Part shown: one piece after another, positions 56,112 through 64,000 of the stretch | Numbering within the stretch: position 1 is the first letter of the stretch | Layout: each line of letters opens with the position of its first letter | Assembly (NCBI GenBank): GCA_041657425.1 | Contig: JBBABY010000005.1 | Span: 22,834 to 86,833, forward strand | DNA: 64,000 bases | Reading direction: 5' to 3' | Source of the DNA: an archaeon | GTDB taxonomy: Archaea; Iainarchaeota; Iainarchaeia; Iainarchaeales; CSSED10-239 | Translations under genes and position numbers: made by a program | The notes under the pieces: generated by a model | The model's database searches: none | Told to the model about the DNA's origin: nothing | Seen by the model: only the letters and a program-made list of their open reading frames with translations

Positions 56112-57509
56112 TTATTTCAAAAACACACACTCTTCATTTTTTATTCGCGGATATTTTTTGTTTGACCAAGCAATTGTTCCACCAGAAATGTGAATAGCAT
56201 TATATCCTTCAATAATTAAATTTTTTGCAGCTTTAAAGGACTTTTCTCCAGTTTCACAAATAAGATAGATGTTGTTTTCTTTTTTTATTTTTTGTTTATA
56301 GTTTTTTATAAAAGCATCCATCGGTATGTTTGTAAATCCAGGAATGTGATAATCCCCAAATTTATTTTCAATTCTTAGGTCTATAAAAATATTGTTTGGA
56401 TTTCTTTTAATGTCTGTATTTAATTTTTCAGAATAGGTTTCTTTAAGTATTTTATAAAGTTTAGTTACAGTTATAGAATCTACTTTATCTTTTGTATGTT
56501 TAGTTGTAATTTCATAAGGAAGTAATTCTTTGTTAATTACTTTTGGAAAATCAGACGTTGGAAGATATGAAAAATATTCATCTAGATATGGTAATGGCGT
56601 GTCGTAACAAATAAATACGCAAGTTTTATTCTTAAGTTTATTTCTCTTAATATATTCTAATAACCCTGCAAGAGCAAACCCAGAACTTGGGCCAACTAAT
56701 AATCCGCTTCTAATTAATTTTAAGCTTTGGGTATAAGATTCAACACTTCCAATCTCGATAATATCATCTGCATTATTCTTCCAATCAAAAGCAATCATTT
56801 TCAAAAGATTTTTTGTTCTAACGCCTGGTACTAAGTTATTTGGTTTTCTTATTACCCCTATTGCCTTGAGGTTATCGTTTTTCTTCTTTAAGTAATTACT
56901 AGTTCCAAGAAAGGTTCCAGTTGTTCCAAGTCCTGAACAAAAGATATCAATCTTTCCATTTGTTTGAATCCAAATTTGTTTTCCTGTTATCAAACTATGC
57001 GAATTAGGATTATTTAAATTATCATATTGTCCAAAGTTAATATATTTCTCAGATTTAGCCATTTGTTTAGCCTTATAGATCCCGCTATTTTCATCATCTG
57101 GATCTGGACAAATTGGTTCATTATTAATAATCGGAGTAATCCCAAATAACCTTAGCATATTTAATTTATTTTTTGTAACTTCATTTGAAACAAATGCTTT
57201 CATTGAATTTAATCCATAATGCCTGCCAATTATTCCTAAAGAATAAGCAGTATTCCCTGAAGAATTTTCTATGATTGTAGGTTTATTTTGTAATTTCTTT
57301 TGAATATGTGCTGAATTAATCATCTCATATGCAGGAATAGATTTAATATTAAGTAAAGGCAAAGTGTTTTGTAATTTTGCAAATATTCTAATCCCATTTT
57401 TTCTAAAAGGATTACATTTATCATCAAGCTCTACAAGAGGAGTCATATGATTATGAGGATTGATATAATCCTTTATTGCATTCTTTCCAGAATAAACATT
57501 ATTTTTCAT
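56112..57509 (-). CDS. PLP-dependent cysteine synthase/CBS-family enzyme fused to C-terminal rhodanese domain
   Basis: PALP motifs (TPLVEL, SSGNTAYSLG, GLGTTGT) followed by a rhodanese module with active-site loop YLICETGEKS. Confidence 0.65.
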   Translation of the reverse strand: MKNNVYSGKNAIKDYINPHNHMTPLVELDDKCNPFRKNGIRIFAKLQNTLPLLNIKSIPAYEMINSAHIQKKLQNKPTIIENSSGNTAYSLGIIGRHYGLNSMKAFVSNEVTKNKLNMLRLFGITPIINNEPICPDPDDENSGIYKAKQMAKSEKYINFGQYDNLNNPNSHSLITGKQIWIQTNGKIDIFCSGLGTTGTFLGTSNYLKKKNDNLKAIGVIRKPNNLVPGVRTKNLLKMIAFDWKNNADDIIEIGSVESYTQSLKLIRSGLLVGPSSGFALAGLLEYIKRNKLKNKTCVFICYDTPLPYLDEYFSYLPTSDFPKVINKELLPYEITTKHTKDKVDSITVTKLYKILKETYSEKLNTDIKRNPNNIFIDLRIENKFGDYHIPGFTNIPMDAFIKNYKQKIKKENNIYLICETGEKSFKAAKNLIIEGYNAIHISGGTIAWSNKKYPRIKNEECVFLK

Positions 57510-57515
57510 AATCTT

Positions 57516-58460
57516 TCATTTAAATTTAAAATTAAGATCGATCTGAGAACTTAGATCTCCAAATCTGTCTTTAATGCTTGGTTGAGAAACATATTTCGTG
57601 TGTAATAATTGAAGTCTAGACAATCTTTTGTTTGGGTCAGGAGTAATTTTATTAATCTCTAAATATAGTTTTTCTAATACTTCTAAATTGTTAGTTTCAA
57701 ATTTATCTAAAGTAACTGCCCCACCGTACTTATCAAGTAATTGTAGATATTTAGAATCTCTAATAAATCCAATTATTTTTTCTGCACCAACATTGTCTAT
57801 TAAAAATTTTAAATCATCTTCATTTTTTATTTTATTTCCAAGAATAAAGAAATTATCAACATTGTTTTTGCTTAAGTTTTCAAACATTTTAAACAATTCT
57901 ACACTTTTTTTTGTAGGCTCTACAATTAGTACAATTGCATCAAACTGCAAATGCATTGAAGATGCAAATAAATCTGTTCCTGCAACCATGTCAGAAACTA
58001 TATATTCATTTTTATCGTATGTGTGACTAAGAATAATTTCTAAAATTTCAAGATTGTTATGATAACAACTAGTTCCTACACCGTGGACTTCATAAGTTCC
58101 AACAACTGCTAAGTATGCATTATCTGAAATCTCTTTACAGAAATTAGAAATAAAATAATCTTCTTTAGTAATTGTTATTAATTTAGAATTAACAGAAGGA
58201 GGAGTAGTCTTTCTAAATTCGTCATTATTTTTTATAAGATCGTTTGTTCCTTTTAAGTAGTTTTTAATTTTTAATTTTAGATTATTATTTGAAATATATT
58301 CTTCAGAAGACACTGTACAATTAAATAACTCAGGAAGATGCACATTTATGTCTGCATCAATCACAAGTACAGGTTTTCCTTTAGAAATAATTAATTTACT
58401 AAATAATGCAGAAAGGGTAGTTTTACCAACGCCGCCTTTCCCAACAAATGCTATTCTCAT
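57516..58460 (-). CDS. CooC/MinD-like P-loop ATPase
   Basis: Deviant Walker A AFVGKGGVGKTT, DADIN motif, CooC-like Cys region HGVGTSCYHN; start moved to the internal Met at 58460 because the upstream 17 codons lie in AT-rich promoter-like DNA. Confidence 0.6.
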   Translation of the reverse strand: MRIAFVGKGGVGKTTLSALFSKLIISKGKPVLVIDADINVHLPELFNCTVSSEEYISNNNLKLKIKNYLKGTNDLIKNNDEFRKTTPPSVNSKLITITKEDYFISNFCKEISDNAYLAVVGTYEVHGVGTSCYHNNLEILEIILSHTYDKNEYIVSDMVAGTDLFASSMHLQFDAIVLIVEPTKKSVELFKMFENLSKNNVDNFFILGNKIKNEDDLKFLIDNVGAEKIIGFIRDSKYLQLLDKYGGAVTLDKFETNNLEVLEKLYLEINKITPDPNKRLSRLQLLHTKYVSQPSIKDRFGDLSSQIDLNFKFK

Positions 58461-58491
58461 ACATATATATATTTTTCTTCCTTTATATATA

Positions 58492-58510
58492 TTAATGATA
58501 ACCATTATCA
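58492..58510 (+). promoter_or_regulatory. Fur-box-like operator TTAATGATAACCATTATCA
   Basis: 16/18 match to the classical Fur box core ATAATGATAATCATTATC; inverted repeat TGATAA-N3-TTATCA; sits between divergent fur and the ATPase/Cys-synthase-rhodanese operon, 14 bp before the fur ATG. Confidence 0.6.
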
Positions 58511-58523
58511 ATAAGGATAAAAT

Positions 58524-58883
58524 ATGTCTAAATCAAGAAGAACTATACAAAAAGAACTAATTTTAAAAGAAATAGAAAACATGAAAGTTTTCTTCTCTGC
58601 AGCAGAACTTTATAGTAGAATTAATTCTAAACACAAAATTGGTATTGCAACAATATATAGAATTCTTAATCAGCTAACTAAAGATTATATTATTTATTCA
58701 TTTGTTTGCGATAAACGAAACATTTATTCAAAACACGGAAGAAACCACTGCCATTTCGTTTGTGAAGATACTGGCGAAATTATTCATTTTAATATAGATT
58801 CTTTAGATTTCTTAAAAGATAAACTTCCTGGAAAAATTATTTCTTTTCAAATAGAAATAAAAGGTATTAAAAATAAGAAATAA
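58524..58883 (+). CDS. fur: Fur-family metalloregulator
   Basis: N-terminal wHTH (SAAELYSRI...IGIATIYRILNQL) and metal-site region HGRNHCHFVCEDTGEIIHF. Confidence 0.75.
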   Translation: MSKSRRTIQKELILKEIENMKVFFSAAELYSRINSKHKIGIATIYRILNQLTKDYIIYSFVCDKRNIYSKHGRNHCHFVCEDTGEIIHFNIDSLDFLKDKLPGKIISFQIEIKGIKNKK

Positions 58884-58983
58884 TGATATATTTAGTTTTA
58901 TAAATTAAATATAAATTTTTTTATAGAAAACCACTTTTTATAAATTATTTCTTTCTATTGTTGTTTAAGGGGGGAGACAAAAT

Positions 58984-59292
58984 ATGACAAATGTATTTAA
59001 AGAATTTAAAGAGTTTTTACAAGAGTATAAAGTAATTGGCTTAGCAATTGCTTTTATTATTGGTGCGGCAATTACAACACTAGTAAAGTCTTTAGTTGAT
59101 AATATCATCATGCCAATAATCACACCATTCATTCCTGGTGGGCAATGGCAAACTGCAACATTAAAGCTTGGTCCAATAGTTCTAAACTGGGGCGCATTTG
59201 CTGGGGCATTACTTAATTTCATAATTATTGCTTTTGTAGTATTTATGATTGCAAAATATATGTTTAAAGAAGAAACAGTTACAAAAAAGTAA
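58984..59292 (+). CDS. mscL: large-conductance mechanosensitive channel
   Basis: FKEFKEF...GLAIAFIIGAAI...NIIMPIITPFI...IIIAFVVFMIAK are hallmark MscL segments. Confidence 0.8.
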   Translation: MTNVFKEFKEFLQEYKVIGLAIAFIIGAAITTLVKSLVDNIIMPIITPFIPGGQWQTATLKLGPIVLNWGAFAGALLNFIIIAFVVFMIAKYMFKEETVTKK

Positions 59293-59372
59293 GTAACTTT
59301 CTTTTTTATTTTTTTAGTAAGCGGCTAGTGAAAGAATGTGACTTGCAAAAAAGTATCGGTACTAGAATGCGA

Positions 59373-59415
59373 GAGTCTCACGACTACTCGATTTCGAATC
59401 TAGTCTTATGCAATT
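59373..59415 (+). repeat. degenerate direct repeat of tRNA-Ser 3' end (att-like, copy 2)
   Basis: GAGTCTCACGACTACTCGATTTCGAATCTAGTCTTATGCAATT; 6 mismatches over the 34-nt tRNA-derived part. Confidence 0.7.
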
Positions 59416-59538
59416 CAATTCTAAGTAAGCATTTTGCGGCAAGTTGATTTGTATCGCGTGCATTGACTAAATTGTTTTAGATATATTTTTAAATTAGTTC
59501 TTATTAGTATATTTAGATTTTTATAAAGGAGGAATAAT

Positions 59539-60003
59539 ATGTTAAAAGAATTATCTATGAGCGAATATATTACAAAGTACACATCTATTTTACATTTAGG
59601 TGCTGGAATTTTATATATACTATACGGAATTGGATTATTAGTCCTTAAAAATTTCGCATCAAATCTTACTTCAATGTCAGGATTATTTGGCAGTGCATTT
59701 TTAAAAAATATGACTATTGGTCTTGCAATAATATTATTTATTGCAGGAATTTACACTTTATTAACAGCATATGGCCTTTGGGGGTATAAAAATTTTGGAA
59801 GAATAATGTTGTTAATAGAAATGTATGCTTTGGCTGCATTAATTGCAATAATGTTAATTATTTCAATATTTTCAATAATTACATTTTGGCAAGTTGGATT
59901 AATCTATTTCCTTGCAATGATGTATTTGGGATTGATTATCTTTTTAAGCATATATCTATTCCAAGCACATCCAGAAATGGTTGCCCTTTTCAATAAAATG
60001 TAA
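59539..60003 (+). CDS. membrane protein (islet segment 3)
   Basis: 154 aa, 4 TM helices; AGGAGG RBS. Confidence 0.4.
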   Translation: MLKELSMSEYITKYTSILHLGAGILYILYGIGLLVLKNFASNLTSMSGLFGSAFLKNMTIGLAIILFIAGIYTLLTAYGLWGYKNFGRIMLLIEMYALAALIAIMLIISIFSIITFWQVGLIYFLAMMYLGLIIFLSIYLFQAHPEMVALFNKM

Positions 60004-60073
60004 AACACATTTTTGCCCAATTCTTTGGGCACATTTATTTTATTAGATAGTAATAGATAAATTAGGGAATATC

Positions 60074-60724
60074 ATGAATAATGAGCCAGTAACTAATACA
60101 AATAAAGAATATCCTAAAAAAAAAGGGATATCTGTCAAATTTTTAATATCTCTTGGTATAATTTTAATAATTATAATTTTGGCAGTTATTTTGGTTTCCA
60201 AAGCAATATATAATAGAGATATTAGTACAAATATAAATAATTTTGATGAATGTATTGAGGCAGGAAATCCCGTAGTTGCGGGGACTTATCCTATACAATG
60301 TAAAACACTAGACGGAAAACTATTTATTTCTACTTCAGATAATATTGAGAATAAACCTAAGCATGTTGATGATTTAATATTTGTAGAAAGACAAGCAACT
60401 AATTTTGAGGAATGTTTAAACTGGGGTTTCGTTTCCCAAGGTTATCCTGAATATTGTACAGATGGGAATTCTACATTTATTAATCCTAAACATACAAGTG
60501 CTCCAACACTAGCAGAACAACAGATTTGTAATACTGATAGCGAATGTACAGGACTGCCAAATCCTTGTCATAGAACAAGGGTATGTATTAATAAAAAGTG
60601 GGTGTCTTTTTACAAAATTAAGCCAGCAGCGTGTACTTTAGAAATAGATCTTTTAGCAGTGTCTCCTGGAGATTGTGTTTGTCTAAATACAGTCTGTACA
60701 AATAAGAAGTTAATTCAAAGTTAG
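60074..60724 (+). CDS. secreted Cys-rich protein with internal duplication
   Basis: N-terminal TM anchor; duplicated module FDECIEAGNP...YPIQCKT / FEECLNWGF...YPEYCTDG; 14 Cys; its TAG stop is supplied by the att-like repeat. Confidence 0.45.
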   Translation: MNNEPVTNTNKEYPKKKGISVKFLISLGIILIIIILAVILVSKAIYNRDISTNINNFDECIEAGNPVVAGTYPIQCKTLDGKLFISTSDNIENKPKHVDDLIFVERQATNFEECLNWGFVSQGYPEYCTDGNSTFINPKHTSAPTLAEQQICNTDSECTGLPNPCHRTRVCINKKWVSFYKIKPAACTLEIDLLAVSPGDCVCLNTVCTNKKLIQS

Positions 60725-60767
60725 AGTCTCATGACTACGCAAGTTCGAATCTCGCCATCTGCGAATT
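60723..60767 (+). repeat. direct repeat of tRNA-Ser 3' end (att-like, copy 3)
   Basis: AGAGTCTCATGACTACGCAAGTTCGAATCTCGCCATCTGCGAATT; 4 mismatches over the tRNA-derived part. Confidence 0.75.
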
Positions 60768-60798
60768 ATTATTTAATAAACTATTTTGTGAAAAAAAC

Positions 60799-61125
60799 AT
60801 GACTAGAAAAAAAGACGCAGGAGAATTGTTACATTATTTTTATAAATCGTCTATAGTTGATCACTCCATTTCTGCAGAAGATTTACTAAAAGAAATAAGA
60901 TGGGGAAGTTGGAGATTAGAAAAAGCAATTAAATATCTAAGAGATGTTGATGCGATTGAAATTACTCTATTTAAAGAAAAGATTGAAAGATTACAAAAGT
61001 TTGTAATAGTGGGCCTAACAAAAACAGGTATCCAAATAATAGAAGATAAATCCAAATTTAAAACCACTTTCGGATTTGAAATAAACTTAGAGAGCACAAA
61101 GTGGAGTTGGAATACTAAACGATAA
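60799..61125 (+). CDS. hypothetical protein
   Basis: 108 aa, no family recognised. Confidence 0.35.
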   Translation: MTRKKDAGELLHYFYKSSIVDHSISAEDLLKEIRWGSWRLEKAIKYLRDVDAIEITLFKEKIERLQKFVIVGLTKTGIQIIEDKSKFKTTFGFEINLESTKWSWNTKR

Positions 61126-61186
61126 ATATTGCGCGCGAGCTGAACGCTGTCGTTTTTGGGATGAAGCACTTTTTCTAAAAGGGCTC

Positions 61187-61209
61187 CACTGGACAGCTAC
61201 CCCCGAAAA
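61187..61209 (+). promoter_or_regulatory. GC-rich motif CACTGGACAGCTACCCCCGAAAA upstream of DEDD exonuclease gene (copy 2)
   Basis: 18-nt core identical to 21335..21352 upstream of radA; 31 bp before the ATG at 61240. Confidence 0.4.
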
Positions 61210-61239
61210 CTTTAAACACTATTTCTTTCATAGTTATTT

Positions 61240-61824
61240 ATGAATTACTTATATGTAGATATCGAAACTGTTCCTGTGGATAAGGAAAAACATTTATCTC
61301 TAGATGAAGAGGAAAGAAAGAAACTCTTAAATCCAATTGATTCAAAAATTATTGCAATCGGTCTAAAGTCAACTAAAGATAATAAGCTAGTCATTCTTCA
61401 ATCTGATAATGAAAAGGAAATGTTAACTGAATTTTGGAAGATTTACGACAATTTTAGAGCAAATAGTTCTTTAACAAACAAGATTGTGGGCTTTAACATT
61501 AAGCAGTTTGATATTTCTTTTTTAGTGACTAGAAGCTTTGTTAATGGAGTTACAGTTGTTCCTTTCGTCTTAAAAGAGATAATCGACATTAGAGACCTAT
61601 TAACTTGCTTTAAAAGAGGGCCAACAAGAGGCACTTTAAAGGAATTTGGAGAGATTATTGGCGTGGTCTTAGTAGAAGACATGGACGGCTCAAAAGTGGC
61701 TGAAACTTACTGGTCAGGAAATATTGATTTAATCAAGACTTACTTAGCAAAAGACATAGAATTAACTGAAAAGATTCACAACAAGGTAATGGAACTAGGA
61801 CTAGACAAAATAAGAGAATGGTGA
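61240..61824 (+). CDS. DEDD-type 3'-5' exonuclease (PolB-exo-like, RNase H fold)
   Basis: Exo I YVDIETVP (D-x-E), Exo II VGFNIKQFDISFL, C-terminal Y-x3-D region (YLAKDIELT). Confidence 0.6.
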   Translation: MNYLYVDIETVPVDKEKHLSLDEEERKKLLNPIDSKIIAIGLKSTKDNKLVILQSDNEKEMLTEFWKIYDNFRANSSLTNKIVGFNIKQFDISFLVTRSFVNGVTVVPFVLKEIIDIRDLLTCFKRGPTRGTLKEFGEIIGVVLVEDMDGSKVAETYWSGNIDLIKTYLAKDIELTEKIHNKVMELGLDKIREW

Positions 61825-61895
61825 AATATCTATTTAAATATTTAATGTTCATATATATTACTACAAGACTATAATATTTGGAGAAATGATAAAAC

Positions 61896-62126
61896 ATGGA
61901 AAGACAACCAGTAGATGACAATAACCATAAAATGATTGGAAATATAGTTTCAATTGGATATGATCCAGAATTAGAAGTTCTAGAAGTAGAATATCAATTA
62001 GGCTATTTATACCAATATCTTAAGGTTCCTAAAGAAACTTACGACAAATTAATGAACGAAAGAAACAAAATTACATTCGTTCAAGAAAGAATCGCAAAAG
62101 TTTATAAAAATCAAAGAATCAAATAA
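61896..62126 (+). CDS. KTSC-domain protein
   Basis: IVSIGYDPELEVLEVEYQLGYLYQYLKVPKETYDKL matches the KTSC domain pattern. Confidence 0.5.
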   Translation: MERQPVDDNNHKMIGNIVSIGYDPELEVLEVEYQLGYLYQYLKVPKETYDKLMNERNKITFVQERIAKVYKNQRIK

Positions 62127-62184
62127 GATTCTTTATTTTTAATTTTTAAATAAGTTTAAATAATCTCTTTTTCTATAGTTATTT

Positions 62185-62913
62185 ATGATAAGTAAAAATT
62201 CTGAACAAAGTTATAGAGAAATTATTTTACTTATACACCCATTATTCAATTTATTTCTAGATAAAATTAGTAGAATAAATTTCAATAATAAGGAAGAGCT
62301 ATTAAAATATTTAGTTGGAAGAGAACCATTATTGATTAATTTAAAAGAAACAGTTAAAGATTATGCAAAAATTATTCTAAAATATAAAAATAAAAAAGGC
62401 GCATTATTTGTTTTAATTAATCCGGCAGCAAATAGTTCTCTTTCTTTTAATGTAGATGGCAAGAAAGTAAATTGGAAAAATTTGCCAGAATGTCAAGCAC
62501 TATTTTCTATAGTAAATATCATAAGTGCTTTTGGAAGAAAAGAGTTAGGTGAAAGATTTGTAATAACTAATTTTAGTCCGGAAGACGGTTACACAAAATT
62601 ATTTTCTGAGAAAATCTATAATAAATTAGATAAATATCTAGAAATAAGAGCTTTTGGAGAATACACTGATGGTTGTGTTTATGATATTTCAAATAGAGTT
62701 GTTGAAGAATTACAAAACAGAGAATTTAGAATAATGGACTTAGAGACTTTAAGAGATCATTGTATATCACTAAACGAGATAGAAACGAAACTAGATAAGC
62801 TATTAGAAGAAAAAAGGAAAGTATCAAAAATTAAAGAAAATCAACAAAAGAAAGAACAAATTCAAAAAGTAGTTTCTATGTTAAATAATTATAAGAAATC
62901 CAAAGCAAAATAA
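62185..62913 (+). CDS. hypothetical protein
   Basis: 242 aa; no family recognised; Lys-rich coiled-coil C-terminus. Confidence 0.4.
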   Translation: MISKNSEQSYREIILLIHPLFNLFLDKISRINFNNKEELLKYLVGREPLLINLKETVKDYAKIILKYKNKKGALFVLINPAANSSLSFNVDGKKVNWKNLPECQALFSIVNIISAFGRKELGERFVITNFSPEDGYTKLFSEKIYNKLDKYLEIRAFGEYTDGCVYDISNRVVEELQNREFRIMDLETLRDHCISLNEIETKLDKLLEEKRKVSKIKENQQKKEQIQKVVSMLNNYKKSKAK

Positions 62914-62998
62914 ATTATAGTTTTTAGCATACAAATCTTTAAAAACCCTAAGATATTATATTAATTTAGATATACTTAAATTATTACATTGAATATTT

Positions 62999-64000
62999 AT
63001 GGCTATAGAAAAATATAAAGCAGATAAAGAAGAGAAAGATTTCTTTGAAAAAATAGAAGATGAACCAGCAGAAGAAGAGTTAATTGATACCGTTAAAGAA
63101 AAAAAAGAAAAGATAAAAGAAATATCTCCAAAGCTTGAATTTTTAACAGATCCAAAGGATCCAGAAATGGTCTATATTGGAAGAAAAAAAAGCGTTCTAA
63201 AGGATCATGGTTCTAAGTCTTGTGCATTCTTAGGAAAGGTTTATGAGGATGATTGTAGAGATAAAAAGGTACATCTTGATGGATTAAACCCTCATGTTGT
63301 GTTTATAGATGGTTCAAGAGGATCAGGTAAGAGTTATGGCCTTGGGGTAATTGCTGAAGAGTTATCTGCAAATAATCCATATATTGGACAGATTGTTGTT
63401 GATCCAGTAGGTGTCTTTTGGTCCATGAAATATCCAAATCAAGAAAAGAAAGAACTAGAGGAATTAATTGCTTGGGGATTATCTCCAAAAGGTTGTAATA
63501 ATTTAAAAGTTTTTGTTCCAGAAGGAGTAGTAAGTAAAGTTTCAAAAGAAACATATGATGAAACTTTTTCAATGTATCCATCTTTACTTTTAGCAGAGGA
63601 TTGGTGTCTAACTTTTGGAATTGATAGATTTAATCCAACAGGTTTACTTCTTGAAAAAACACTATCTTTCGTAAAAACGGGTTATAAAGCAGGAGATCCA
63701 AGTAAAGATGATGTTCCTGAGCAGGACATTCCTTCTAAAGGAAATCTTTACACATTAGAAGACATAATTTTTTGTTTACAAAACGCAATGGAGTTTAAGT
63801 CTTCTTCAACAGGTTATAAGCAAGATTCAATAAGAGCATTAGTTTCAAGATTTGAAGCAGCAAAGGCTTGGGGAATATTTAGTGATCACGGTACACCACT
63901 TTCAAAGCTTTCAAAGGAAAGACAATTGACAATTCTTGATACTAGTTTTTTAGATGACAATATCACAGCACTAGTTATTGGAATATTAGCAAGAAGAATA
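62999..64000 (+). CDS. HerA/FtsK-like DUF87 P-loop ATPase (partial; runs off window end)
   Basis: Walker A VVFIDGSRGSGKSYGLGVIAEEL, Walker B-like LTILDTSFLDD; open to the end of the window. Confidence 0.55.
   Translation, partial: MAIEKYKADKEEKDFFEKIEDEPAEEELIDTVKEKKEKIKEISPKLEFLTDPKDPEMVYIGRKKSVLKDHGSKSCAFLGKVYEDDCRDKKVHLDGLNPHVVFIDGSRGSGKSYGLGVIAEELSANNPYIGQIVVDPVGVFWSMKYPNQEKKELEELIAWGLSPKGCNNLKVFVPEGVVSKVSKETYDETFSMYPSLLLAEDWCLTFGIDRFNPTGLLLEKTLSFVKTGYKAGDPSKDDVPEQDIPSKGNLYTLEDIIFCLQNAMEFKSSSTGYKQDSIRALVSRFEAAKAWGIFSDHGTPLSKLSKERQLTILDTSFLDDNITALVIGILARRI

Larger units (their letters stand above)
55154..60767 (+). mobile_element. putative tRNA-Ser(GGA)-associated integrated islet(s) bounded by three tRNA 3'-end direct repeats (no integrase detected)
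   Basis: Copies of the tRNA 3' end (variable arm plus T-arm plus acceptor) at 56047..56090 (34/34 identical to the tRNA 3' end), 59373..59415 and 60723..60767, each preceded by a shared non-tRNA prefix AGAGTCTCA(C/T)GACTAC. Confidence 0.4.

Noticed and set aside
1-64000. Search for CRISPR arrays, cas genes, rRNA genes, IS transposases and integrases
   Set aside because: No regularly spaced direct-repeat array, no Cas-like ORFs, no rRNA-like conserved stretches and no transposase or integrase-like ORFs were found by eye. An absence judged by eye cannot be stated with certainty.

Overview
This is an AT-rich (roughly 30% GC) archaeal chromosomal segment. Archaeal markers include TopoVI B/A, RadA, an archaeal histone, the RNase P protein subunits Rpp30 and Pop5, and the complete proteasome/exosome superoperon (psmA-sdo1-rrp4-rrp41-rrp42-rpl37ae-rpoP-brix-pcc1-pfdB). 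Small genes, GGAGG-type RBSs and two LAGLIDADG inteins suggest a small-genome, DPANN-like fermentative archaeon. Core metabolism in the window: the pyruvate:ferredoxin oxidoreductase genes porG, porD, porA and porB (porB carries an intein and an unknown gene sits inside the operon); acetate kinase and an ADP-forming acetyl-CoA synthetase alpha subunit; and an ArsR-IscS-IscU-DUF1858 Fe-S cluster whose IscU carries an intein at its catalytic Cys. Other housekeeping genes are ArgRS preceded by tRNA-Arg, CTP synthase, Trbp111, two divergent Kef-type antiporters, a PEP-synthase-like truncated enzyme, Tyw1 and a DNPH1-like hydrolase. Five tRNAs are present: Cys, Arg, Gly, Ser-TGA and Ser-GGA.

The most unusual content:
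(1) A family of four secreted/surface-protein paralogs (35.1, 37.8, 50.2, 51.3 kb) built from shuffled N- and C-terminal modules. Two sit as a tandem pair with a ~175 bp near-identical promoter plus 5' coding block that differs by one or two nt in an (AT)n tract. A third has a 14-nt poly-C tract in its promoter. These are candidate phase- or antigenic-variation loci.
(2) A ~5.6 kb islet downstream of tRNA-Ser(GGA), delimited by three direct repeats of the tRNA 3' end. It carries fur with a near-consensus Fur box, a CooC-like ATPase, a cysteine-synthase-rhodanese fusion and MscL. No integrase is visible.
(3) A 293-aa minimal [FeFe]-hydrogenase H-domain homolog in which Asn replaces the proton-relay Cys.
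(4) An 18-nt GC-rich motif shared by the upstream regions of radA and a DEDD exonuclease.

No CRISPR array, rRNA, transposase or integrase was recognised.
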